Shown piece after piece: positions 29,701-42,800 of a DNA stretch of 64,000 nucleotides. How positions within the stretch are numbered: the stretch's first letter is position 1; every line of letters begins with the position of its first letter. The stretch comes from Octopus sinensis (taxonomy: Eukaryota). The position numbers and the translations under genes were made by a program. Under the pieces are notes generated by a model. It searched no databases. It was given only the letters and a program-made list of their open reading frames with translations, and was not told the origin of the DNA. Location of the stretch: contig NC_043007.1 in assembly GCF_006345805.1 (NCBI RefSeq), positions 54,870,001-54,934,000 on the forward strand, given 5' to 3'.

Positions 29701-32700
29701 CCAGGACTGCCACTTTATGTTGGCAAATAGTTTTTACTTTAAAGTACTCTTACTGAATACCTCTTTTTGAGAGATTTAGAAAGAATAATGTTTATATATA
29801 TATTGTTACGAACCTGCCGTCGCTCAACTCGAACTCGGGACCCTACTAAGTCGAGCGACGACGACTACCACGCTCAGTCAAATCGGAAATCCACCACAGA
29901 AAACGGTGGTGGGGATGGCAGCGAACACAGACCGGAGACAACAACAACAACAACAGGAAGAGAGAGACAGCGGAAGGCAGTTGCTTACATTTAACAACAG
30001 TTTATACAATTTTTATAACGTCAAATAAAACGTAATACATATCAGATACATTTAAAGAAAAACATCTAACAGATTGTACAGAGTTAAAAGAAAAACAATC
30101 AATGCATTTAAACGTAACACAACGTCCAAAAACAATCAAAACAAATGTTCAACACAATACAGAGTTCGAAAACAGTCCACATTAAAGTCTTTCTCTTCTC
30201 TTCAACAATTCTTTTTACATTTCAATAGATTACAGTTTATGTCACAATGTTCTTTTCCCTTCTTTTTCCTTCTCTTTTTACAGTTCTTTTGATACAATGT
30301 TCTTTTTCCTTTTTTTCTGACACAGTTCACAAGTTCTTTTCTCTTTTCTTTTAACGCACATCACCATCCAAAATTCGACAACAAAAACATAAACAAACAT
30401 TACCACACGTTCTGAGTCTGCAACAATTTCAGCTCCTACTACAACACGGCCTTCTCGCCATAATCTCCCTCACTTCCTCTCGCTTGACAAATCCTCAATC
30501 CCCTGTGTCTGTCTTTCTCGCCATCACAACCGACTCTGCATTGACCCTCACGCCAACTGACTATCAAACCCCCAGCTTGCCGCATTTTAAAGGGTGGTAG
30601 ATTTATTTTTTTCTTAAACTTTCCCTGACTGTAGGGATCAAAAAATGTCACTTCCTAACACATTAATTTTCCCTACAGATGACAGGACAAAGTGCCATAA
30701 CTTCTTTCGCCAGTCCATCTGGCACTAAACCAACGAAACTGGGTCATAACACTTTTTCTTCAACTGACCTTGTATCAATATATATATATATATATATTAG
30801 CAGAGACACCCAGCGTTACCTGGGAATGAAATTGTTCATAATATATTGGAAGAAAAACGCAAAATATGTTGTCTAGAAATTTGTTATTCTAAATTCAATT
30901 TATTCTTTAATTGGGAAATCAATTCTGAATTCATAATACAAAAAAAAACAAAAAAACTACAAAATTTGCCACTTTTATGAAGAGAGATAAATTCTATCAC
31001 ATATGATGAAGTAAATTACGTATCCATCTTGGCTAAATACATAGATTAATAGATACTGGAGTGCATCATATGATTGGTGGGCGACATTTATCTGTTGAAT
31101 TTTATTTCCTCTTCTTTGAATAATATTTCTCTTCCTCGTCGCCTGTAATAATTACTGCTACTTCATTTGTAGCTGGCACATTGTAGCAGTCTCTGTGCTC
31201 AGAAATAGGCTTTTTGTTTGCATCAATAACTATCTTGTATTCAGCGGGTGGTGCAGATTCCAGTACATACTTGAAGCTTCTGATGTAGCTATTATTTGCA
31301 TGCAACATAACTTGCAGATCAAAGATTAACTCTTCTTTCAAATTAGGAAGGTTAAGTGACCATTGCAAAGCCTGCTCCTTGTAATTTGCCACAAAATATA
31401 GCTGTAAAAATTGAGGATTGTTGCCTTCAGATGGCAACAAAGATCCAATACAATGATATACTTGACCTTGAACTTTGCTATCAAAGGAGGTCATTTGGAA
31501 AGCAGAATTATAATTCCTAATGTTTTTCAAGAAGTGCATGCTCGTTGGTGTGTTTCCCAAAAGCAATGCCTTCAAAGTATCTGTGGGTGTATCCAATGTC
31601 CGTAAAACAACTGTTCCTCCATCGCAACACATAGTGGTGGTTTCGCTTTCCCATTTCTTTCCTTTACAAAAACTGCACCCCTTGACACTGCTCTAATATC
31701 AATCAATTTCTCTGTAGGATAATCATGTTTTGGATCATAGTTGGAAGCTGATCTTTTCCAAGTTTCCTTAAAATGTGCAATTCTTGATGAAAATGTTTAC
31801 ATCTTTCCTCTGAGGATTGGTGAAGTCTTGCAGCAACTGTTTACTCCTGGTTTTTCCTTTGTCTCATCTCTTGCTGATCTATTGTCTCATTCCCAACTCT
31901 GGCAGCTTGTCTATGTCTTGCATCCTTTAAACGTTTTCTCTTTTTTGACTCTTGGCTCCTGCGGATTGCATTTTGTTGACATAATTGTTCTAATCATTTT
32001 ATCTTTGCCTCTTGTGTCTTATTAGCCCTCTTGTGCAGCAGCTCTCCTTTGGTAATTTTCATGTCTTTGCTGTTGTTGTGCAGGAGTCTCTAGTGACCTT
32101 ACTGTGGCTATCTGTACTTATCTTTGCTTCACTGTAGAATACTGATCCTCTACATCTACCCTGTCTCCTCTTGTGGAGAGTGAGAACATTTTTCTTGGAA
32201 ACATTTTTGAAAATTAAAATGGTGATTAAATGAAAAAATGAGTGAAAGTTATGTGAATATTTTCATAAGAGTGATTGAAAAAATGGCGATTGTGGCCGCC
32301 ACATGTACATGCGCACACACATACACATCATACATGCAGTATCAAACATCAGCGTCTCTCTCTCTCACTTTCCCCCTCTCTTCGTGCTGGCTTTCTTTCA
32401 ATTCACCTATAGAATATACATACAGTATTAAACATCAGTGTCTCTCTCTCTCATGCTATCCCACTTTCTTTCAACTTTTCCTATAGAAACTGGTTTTCTC
32501 TCTGTTTCTTTCTCTCTTCTCTCTATCTTTTTCTCATTCTGTATACATAGTATATGCTTACACATAGTCTCTCTTGCCCTCTGAAATAGTTCCTGTCTTT
32601 TAGTCTATGCTTGTTTCCTTCACTCTCTCTCTTTCTAATTCACTCACACACTTACACTATTTACATTTCTCCCCCTATCGAAGAACGTTGTGACGAATGC

Positions 32701-35493
32701 GAAGATTGAGGAGGAGAAGTAAAGAGCCACTTCCTCATTTTGCTTCTCTGTTTCTTTCTCTCCCCTCTCATTCACTCATTGGCATTATGCACAGACATAC
32801 AAATACACAGACATTTGCTAATATATATATATATATATATATATAATTAATTAATAAGGGTGAGAGAATTAGATACTAATTTAATAGTATATCTATTCAA
32901 CACCAAGTGGCCTAGTGCTCCGAGAAACCTGGATTATTATAATATTTTATAATATATTACAATATTTTTACAAAATAAATATAAGAGAGTGGTCACTATA
33001 TGGCTCACTCTAGCACCAGTTAATCCAAAAGGTTTCAACCACAAAAATACATGTTTCCCATGAAAGTCAGTACGATTGTTAGCTCACACGGACAGGGCAA
33101 ATAAAAAATAACAAAAATACAGATTATTTTGGGACAATTGTTTCGCTATTAATGAATTAAATGTAATTTTACTTACAAAAAAATCCACTTGTAGCTCGTC
33201 AGCCAAAACTATCTGGATGAAATCCACTCAATCACACGCCAGATTTTACCATAACGATAAATACGCGTGTGGTTCAATTGATTACATCCGACGTTATAAT
33301 TCAAATGCCCCAACTAACAGCGCGCCAAACTTTCACGGAAAACAAATACAGCATTTAGAAATAAATGCAGCATAATTATAATTAATTAATAAGGGTGAGA
33401 GAATTAGCTAATTTAATAGTATATCTATTCAACACCAAGTGGCCTAGTGCTCCGAGAAACCTGGATTATTATAATATTTTATAATATATTACAATATTTT
33501 TACAAAATAAATATAAGAGAGTGGTCACTATATGGCTCACTCTAGCACCAGTTAATCCAAAAGGTTTCAACCACAAAAATACATGTTTCCCATGAAAGTC
33601 AGTACGATTGTTAGCTCAAAATCTGGCGTGTGATTGAGTGGATTTCATCCAGATAGTTTTGGCTGACGAGCTACAAGTGGATTTTTTTGTAAGTAAAATT
33701 ACATTTAATTCATTAATAGCGAAACAATTGTCCCAAAATAATCTGTATTTTTGTTATTTTTTATTTGCCCTGTCCGTATGAGCTAACAATCGTACTGACT
33801 TTCATGGGAAACATGTTTTTTGTGGTTGAAACCTTTTGGATTAACTGGTGCTAGAGTGAGCCATATAGTGACCACTCTCTTATATTTATTTTGTAAAAAT
33901 ATTGTAATATATTATAAAATATTATAATAATCCAGGTTTCTCGGAGCACTAGGCCACTTGGTGTTGAATAGATATACTATTAAATTAGTATCTAATTCTC
34001 TCACCCTTATTAATTAATTATAATTATGCTGCATTTATTTCTAAATGCTGTATTTGTTTTCCGTGAAAGTTTGGCGCGCTGTTAGTTGGGGCATTTGAAT
34101 TATAACGTCGGATGTAATCAATTGAACCACACGCGTATTTATCGTTATGGTAAAATCTGGCGTGTGATTGAGTGGATTTCATCCAGATAGTTTTGGCTGA
34201 CGAGCTACAAGTGGATTTTTTTGTAAGTAAAATTACATTTAATTCATTAATAGCGAAACAATTGTCCCAAAATAATCTGTATTTTTGTTATTTTTTATTT
34301 GCCCTGTCCGTGTGAGCTAACAATCGTACTGACTTTCATGGGAAACATGTATTTTTGTGGTTGAAACCTTTTGGATTAACTGGTGCTAGAGTGAGCCATA
34401 TAGTGACCACTCTCTTATATTATTTTGTAAAAATATTGTAATATATTATAAAATATTATAATAATCCAGGTTTCTCGGAGCACTAGGCCACTTGGTGTTG
34501 AATAGATATACTATTAAATTAGTATCTAATTCTCTCACCCTTATTAATTAATTATAATTATGCTGCATTTATTTCTAAATGCTGTATTTGTTTTCCGTGA
34601 AAGTTTGGCGCGCTGTTAGTTGGGGCATTTGAATTATAACGTCGGATGTAATCAATTGAACCACACGCGTATTTATCGTTATGGTAAAATCTGGCGTGTG
34701 ATTGAGTGGATTTCATCCAGATAGTTTTGGCTGACGAGCTACAAGTGGATTTTTTTGTAAGTAAAATTACATTTAATTCATTAATAGCGAAACAATTGTC
34801 CCAAAATAATCTGTATTTTTGTTATTTTTTATTTGCCCTGTCCGTGTGAGCTAACAATCGTACTGACTTTCATGGGAAACATGTATTTTTGTGGTTGAAA
34901 CCTTTTGGATTAACTGGTGCTAGAGTGAGCCATATAGTGACCACTCTCTTATATTTATTTTGTAAAAATATTGTAATATATTATAAAATATTATAATAAT
35001 CCAGGTTTCTCGGAGCACTAGGCCACTTGGTGTTGAATAGATATACTATTAAATTAGTATCTAATTCTCTCACCCTTATTAATTAATTATAATTATGCTG
35101 CATTTATTTCTAAATGCTGTATTTGTTTTCCGTGAAAGTTTGGCGCGCTGTTAGTTGGGGCATTTGAATTATAACGTCGGATGTAATAATCAATTGAACC
35201 ACACGCGTATTTATCGTTATGGTAAAATCTGGCGTGTGATTGAGTGGATTTCATCCAGATAGTTTTGGCTGACGAGCTACAAGTGGATTTTTTTGTAAGT
35301 AAAATTACATTTAATTCATTAATAGCGAAACAATTGTCCCAAAATAATCTGTATTTTTGTTTTTTTATTTGCCCTGTCCGTGTGAGCTAACAATCGTACT
35401 GACTTTCATGGGAAACATGTATTTTGTGGTTGAAACCTTTTGGATTAACTGGTGCTAGAGTGAGCCATATAGTGACCACTCTCTTATATTTAT

Positions 35494-35533
<40 letters not shown>

Positions 35534-35888
35534 CACATTCACATACACAGTAATCCCTCAACTATTGCTGGTGTTACGTTCCAGAACCTCCCATGACAGG
35601 TGAAAATCTGTGAAGTAGAAACAGTACTGTACCGTATATTTTTATTATTTTTATAATTTGTATATATTTTATTATAAATGCAAAACAACACCATGGAGGC
35701 ATCAATGTAAGCTTAAATAATAAACGGCAATAGGTGAACTGTAATATGGCAAGGGATTACTGTATATATGTATGTATGTGTATATATATATATATATATA
35801 TAAAATATTATATAATATTTACTATAAAATTGGATTTAATCCTAATCTGATTTTTTTCCCTGTAAATTTGGATATATTCCCTAATATT

Positions 35889-35922
<34 letters not shown>

Positions 35923-36849
35923 AAATGGCAGACCTCAAAAAAATAGTGGTCTATGGCAGCAAATATCAGTTCAAATAGAGCTAACAAAATATTGTTAAAG
36001 CATTGTGAAAAGGAGAGAATTCTAAGATTTTGAGCAAGGAAGAAGAATATGCTCCAAATGTTTCAATTCTTTAACATTATATTTAAAGAAACATCATCAC
36101 ATTACCTGTTAAGATTTGTAGAATTATTGATTTCTTAAAGTTTCTTTTCATCAATAATTGTCTTATTAAAAATTAACTTTCAATTTCAGGAGTTGGATAC
36201 TTTAAAAGGTCAGTTTATTGAATACAATCTAACATTGGTAAGTGATTAATTTTGTAATTACTTAGTAAATACGCTTGTGAAAGTCAATAGTATACATTTG
36301 TTGTTCTTGTGTTGGATTGACATAACCATAACTCATGCTTGAAGCAGAGAGAGTAGTTCATTAAATGACTGAAAGAATATTTAAATCCATGATAAAACAT
36401 GCTAGGCTTTTATTAGTCACTCCACTAAGTGGCCAGACTTTGCCAGTATATATATATATATATATATCATTATCATCATCATTGTTTTAATATTTACTTT
36501 TTCATGTTTGCATGGGATGGACAGAGTTTGTTGAGGTGGATTTTCTATGGCTGGATGCCCTGCCCGTTGCTAATCCTCACCTGCTTCCAAGTAAGGTAAT
36601 ATGTCCCCATGACCAAACATAGAAATGAAGGACACCATTTGCATTACGGTATCACTTACAACTAACACATTATGTCAAGGCAAAAGGACAGTAACACACA
36701 CACAATTTTAGTTTCCATCTAACAAATCCACTTACAAGGCTTTGGTTGGTCTGTGACTATAGTAGAAGACACTTACCTAAGGTACCACACACTAGTATTG
36801 AACCCTGAACTATGAGGTTGGGAAGTAAACTTCTCATCATACACCCCTG

Positions 36850-36886
<37 letters not shown>

Positions 36887-39800
36887 GAGGGACGTTCAAT
36901 AAGTAATGCCCCTGACCCACTTGCAATTGTTTGATCTAGCTGAAATATTGCATGTGCAATTATTTGTATCTCTATAGATTAAGTGGCAAATTACAGCTCT
37001 AAACTAATTGTGGTTTCTGATTTACAGGTGTTTGAACTGAGTCAAGTGTGAAATGGAGCCTGTTGAGTGTCGAGCAGTGATCCGGGTTTTGTATTTGAAA
37101 GGACGCACACCACGGGAGACTTTTGTTGAAATGAAAGTAACTTATGGTGATGATGCCCCATCATATGACCTTGTAAAATGTTGGCATCGTGAATTCAGAC
37201 ATGGTCAGAACTCTGTGGAAACAGCTCCCAGATCTGGTTGCCCTACTTCTGCCATTGATGAGGCATCTGTCCGTCAAGTTGAGGCTGCCATTTTGGAAGA
37301 TCGACTCATGACTATTCGCCAAATAGCCCATGAGGTCAAGATTAGTACCGGGTCTGTGGAAACTATCATTCATGACCATTTGCATATGCAAAAGGTATCT
37401 GCCAGATGGATTCCCAGGTTGCTCACACCTTTCCAGAAGCAAGAACGCGTCGAGTGCTCGAGGATGAATTTGGAGATGTGCCAAGAAGATGAGTCAAGAT
37501 TTTTCAAAAGACTGATTACACAGGATGAAACCTGGGTCCATCACTATGATCCAGAGACCAAAGTCCAGTCAATGCAGTGGAAGCACCGTGACTCACCTCC
37601 TCCAAAGAAGGCAAGGGTGCAGCCCTCCGCTGGCAAGGTCATGCTCACAGTCTTCTGGGACCAGGACGGAGTAGTGATGACAGATTTCCTGGCAAAGGGT
37701 ACCACAATTACAGGAGCCTATTATACTTCACTTTTGAGGAAATCAAGAGAAGCTATCAAAATCAAGAGGCGGGGCAAGATCAGCAAAGGTATTCTCCTCC
37801 TGCAGGACATCGCTCCGGTCCACAACTCGCGTGTCGCCAGATCAGAAGCACAGGCGTGCGGTTATGAACTCCTCCCCCATCCTGACCTTGCACCCTCTGA
37901 TTTTCACTTCTTCCCAGCCATGAAGCTGTTTTTGAAAGGAAAGCGTTTCCCAGATGATGCAGCCTTGATTTCTGAAGTCACGTCGTGGTTGGAGGACCAA
38001 GCTGGGGTCTTCTACAAAAACGGTCTTCAGAGCTGCATCAAACGATGGGAGAAATGCGTAACTCTGGGTAGTTCCTATGTAGAAAAAGACTAATAACTGT
38101 GCCAAGTTTCGTTGCTCTACTGCTATGGGAAGTGGGTCAGGAGCATTACTTATTGAACGCCCCTCGTATATATATGTCCCTCTTGCATTTCTTGAGGCTC
38201 TTCTTTTCCTCTGCGGCCTTCAAGAGCTTCTCCATCCGGTATGCCTCAAAGTCTTTCTTTAGTTGCTGACGAATCACTCTGCTGAGAATGGAATATTCAA
38301 GATGATCTTCAATAGTCCTCTTCATATTTTTCCTCTTCTCGAGTAACTTCGTAGTTTCTTCCGAGATTCTTCCCTTCTTTTCTCTTGGGCATACACCCTT
38401 AGCCTTCCTTAAACACTCCTTCAGTTTCCCTATCAGTGAGTTGTAGTCATCATCTATGTCGCCTCCTTGGCACCAGTCTTCCTGCATGATGGCTTCCTGC
38501 ATGATGGCTTCCTGCAGCTTTGTCTCGTAGACTCGGACACGTTTTCCCTTCGACGCCAAATATAACGCAATCTTCTCCCTCTTCTCGTCGATGACGACCC
38601 TCGCCCTTACCAGACGATGATCACTGCCGGTGTTGAATGGCGTCACGACGGAGACGTCATGCAATATGCGTTGCTTATTAACCAGGATGTAGTCGATCTC
38701 GCTTCGGTGCTTAGAGTTTGGCGATATTCAAGTCCATCTCTTCCTCTCCCTCTTCCTGAATAGGCTGTTTCCGATGTAGAGCTGCCTCGCCTCTGCCATG
38801 GTAGCCAAACGTTCTCCTCTCTCGTTTCTCTCTCCCATGCCAAATCTCCCGATGTATTCCTCTCCTTGTCGTCCATGTCCAACCTTTGCATTGAAGTCTC
38901 CCATCACGACAGTGTAAGTGGACTTCATAGCCAACCCTTTGTCTAGTTGTCGATAGAATTCTTCCACCTCGTTGTTGTCGCTGGAACTTGTGGGAGCATA
39001 GGTCTGGACAATCTTGAGGGTGGCCTTCCCTGAGAGGTTCACATTTAGTACACCAATCTGTGATGATATGAAGTGGCAAGAAGCGACCCTCGAAGCCCAT
39101 TCCTTACTTACGATGAATCTGATACCTCCGACCGATCTAGCACCTTCTGCTCTTCCTAATCTCACAATGCAATCATCTTACCACCGTATACTCGCTTCCT
39201 TCTTCCAGCGTGTCTCGCACAGCCCTAACATGTCACACCTGATCTTCTTCCTCTCCTCCATTAGGTGGTTCAGTTCTTGCCACCCTGCCATAGACCTGCA
39301 GTTGTAGGTGCATATGGCAAGTTTAGTCCTGTTCCATGACGGCTTTCGGGAACCTGTGATTCTTAGCAGCCTCTCGTCGCTCGAGTTGCACTCCGCCGTC
39401 ATGGAGTGGCCCGATTGACGTGCAGGGTACTGAGGCCCTTTTCCTTTTCTCTTTGTTCTTCGTGCTGTTTTAGCCATAAGATGACGCCATCCCACTGGCT
39501 GGGCGGGCAGGCCGGTATTTTGTTGGATGGCCGTTGACTCTTCAGGAGTTCATCCGCCCTTTGTTGGGTCTTATTTTTCCATCCCACAGGGAGTTCAACA
39601 GCACCCTCCTCACCAAGCGAACCTGGTGGGGTTGTCAGTTTAGTCGCTGACGTCCCGACCATGCAACAGGTTGTACTGGATTACATGTTACCAGTAGCAC
39701 TCTGGAGCGACCTGACATATGCAAGAAATGCACGAGGGACATGGTACTATATAGATCGGAGGTGACGGCCCTGAAAAATACAGATGGAATACCAGTCAAC

Positions 39801-42800
39801 GAGAAGAGCGAGATGGAAAAAATTTGTGAAGACTTCTACACCAAGCTCTTTAAGTCTACCAGAAATGTCCAGCCGTTACCACCACTCCAACAGGAAGAAA
39901 ACGTGCCACCTATCCTTGTCAGTGAGGTTGAAAGAGCCATCAGCTTGATGAAAAACGGAAAGGCTCCAGGGAAAGACGGTATAACATTGGAGGTGCTAAA
40001 GTCAGGCAGAGAGCAGCTCTGGAAAATCCTTGCTGAGCGATTTATGCACTATCTAGACGAGGGAAGAATTCCCTCGCAGTGGAAAGAGTCAAATACCATC
40101 CTGCTGTATAACAAGGGCGACAGAGAAGATCTAAAGAACTACCGACCCATATGCCTGCTGTCTCACGTGTACAAGCTGTTCACGAAGATAATTCTGAACA
40201 GGTTGTCACGTCGTCTCGACGAACAACAACCGAGGGAGCAAGCAGGCTTCCGGAAGAACTACAGCACAATGGACCATATATTTGCTCTAACGCAACTGCT
40301 TGAGCGAGCAAATGAGTACAAGCTGCCTCTTTGCGTTGCGTTTATAGATTATGAGAAGGCCTTCGATAGAATCGAAACCAACGCAGTGCTGAACTCGCTG
40401 CAGAGGCAAGGAATCGAAGCGAAATATGTGCAGCTGCTCAGAGAGGCAAATTCCGGATGCATCACCGACATAGCTCTACTGTCATCACCCATACGAGTGC
40501 CGGTCGAGAAGGGAGTGAAACAAGGAGATACAATCTCTCCCAAACTTTTCACTGCATGTCTTGAACAGATCATCAGAGGCATCGAATGGCAAGGTGGTGT
40601 CAACATCAATGGCGAGCTCCTCCCTCACCTCCGTTTCGCTGACGACATCGTACTCATCACTGAAAACATGGATCAGCTTCAGACCATGCTGACGGAGCTC
40701 GACATCAAAAGTTCTGCAGTAGGTTTCAAGATGAAAACAAAGTTCATGCGGTCAGACAACGTACCAACAGATCAAATGGTGATCGGCAGTGATGAAATAG
40801 AGGAGGTGAGAGAATATGTCTACCTGGGACAGGAAGTAAATATGTGCCGGGATATCAAAAAGGAGATCTCACGGAGAGTAAGGGCCGGATGGAAGGCATT
40901 CAATGGCATAAGGGATGTGCTCAAGGGAAGGTTGGACAGGACCACCCGCGCCAACCTCATTAACAGTGCAGTTCTACCTGCAATGTTATATGGTAGTGAA
41001 ACATGGGCTACCACAAAGAGAGAAGAGCAAAGACTGATAACGGCTCAAAGAGCCATGGAAAGGTCAATGCTTGGTATCTTGTTGAGAGAGCACATAAATA
41101 GCAACATCATCAGAAAGAAGTCTGCCGTGAGAGATGTCATCGCAGAGTATACTCGCAGCAAGTATAGATGGGCTGGACACGTCGCCCGGCTCACCGATAA
41201 TCGGTGGACGCACGCAGTTGTCAAGTGGTACCCGCGTGAGCGGAAAAGACCACCCGGAAGACCTCCACGACGGTGGAGTGACGATTTCAAGAGGACAATT
41301 GGGATCACGTGGATGAGAAAGGTGCGATCCAGAGAGGAGTGGACAGCGTGCTGTGACCAGCGGTGTCAAATGGACGCCTGACGGACTGGTCAGTCAAAGT
41401 GATCAAAGTGATATATATATATCATTGTGTTGACCAGACTATCAGATGTTCTTCACAATGCGCTTCCTTGCATTATTTTAGCTTTCAAATGATGGAATGA
41501 TGTCACCCTGGTGATTAGGTGGGCAGGCCAAGTTTTTCCCCCCATGTACAGAATGTCAATCCATTGTAGACTCATTTATAGCTGAGTGAAATGAAGTATT
41601 TTGCTCAAGAACACAATGTGCCATAGATCTAGAAATTGAAACCACAATCTTGCAACTGTGAGTTCAACACTCTGACAACTAGGTTGTGAGCCTTCACTCA
41701 CACCCACCCGCACACATGCACGCACACCTGTATGACCCCTGAAAGTCATAGTCATAGACCCATTCAGGAGCAATGGACAATGATGCTTTACCATTTTTGT
41801 GACTTATCAATATCTGCACACAAGTGTTGTAAACATTATCAGACACACATACACTATGTATGTTCTTTGATTGTTTGCTAGTCAGCTGTGATTTGACCCA
41901 GAGGAGATGACTCTCTCATCTCACCTCTATGTTTACAACATTCACACTGCTTGATTTTATTTCTACATATGCTTTGTTTAGGCATACTAGCAGATGGTTT
42001 TTACACTATCTTACATATAGTCATAGACAGGCTATCCAATTTGCCTCTGGTTCGGTTCAAGTATGTGATGTTGATAAGCTACAAAGATGGTGAAACATCG
42101 ATGTCCATCAGTCCTGAATAGGACTCGGAATGAGTTGTCTCACTCTTCTATGGCTATGACTTTCAGGTGATTTAACACCCTTTGCTTTGAGAGAGTTATC
42201 TCCTCCACTTCAATTTGCAGCCGACTGGCAAACAAACGAAGCACATACATTGTGTGTTTGATAATGTTTACAACACTTGTGCTGCTTCTAATTTATAATT
42301 GAATGTACACACACACACACACACACATACACACACGTCTGCTTCAGTAAACTCTGTCCAACCTATGCAAGCATGGTAAAGTGGATGTTAAAATGATGAT
42401 GGTGATGATGATGATAACTGGCATGGCATCAGTTATGATGATGCATGATCCTGATGATCTGATCAATGGAAATCCTGCTTGTGAAATTAACATACAAGTG
42501 GCTGAGCACATACAAGTAGACATGCATACCTTTAATGTAGTTCTCACAAGAAAATTCAGCATGACACACAATGTGACAAGGCTGGCCCTTTGAATTACAG
42601 TACAGCTCATTTTTGCCATCTGAGTGAATTGGAATAATGTGGAATAAGTGTCTTGCTCAAGGACTCAATGTGCCACCAGGATTCAAATTCTAGACCTTAC
42701 AGTTGTTTGCCAAATACTGATTGAAGTTTGCTTTCAATTTAAAAATTTTAAAACATTTTTACTGATAACATCCAGTTGTCTATTTTTGATATGAATTTTT

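Larger units (their letters stand above)
32842..35496. repeat. Tandem + inverted array of a ~534 bp hammerhead-ribozyme-containing unit (retrozyme/Penelope pLTR-like)
   Basis: Units near-identical; 32842-33618 in one orientation (~1.45 units), 33619-35496 in the other (~3.5 units); flanked by (TA)n; no ORF. Confidence 0.95.

Noticed and set aside
32842-35496. CRISPR array or satellite DNA
   Set aside because: Units are ~534 bp with no unique spacers, in a eukaryotic intron; ribozyme content and inversion point to a retroelement.
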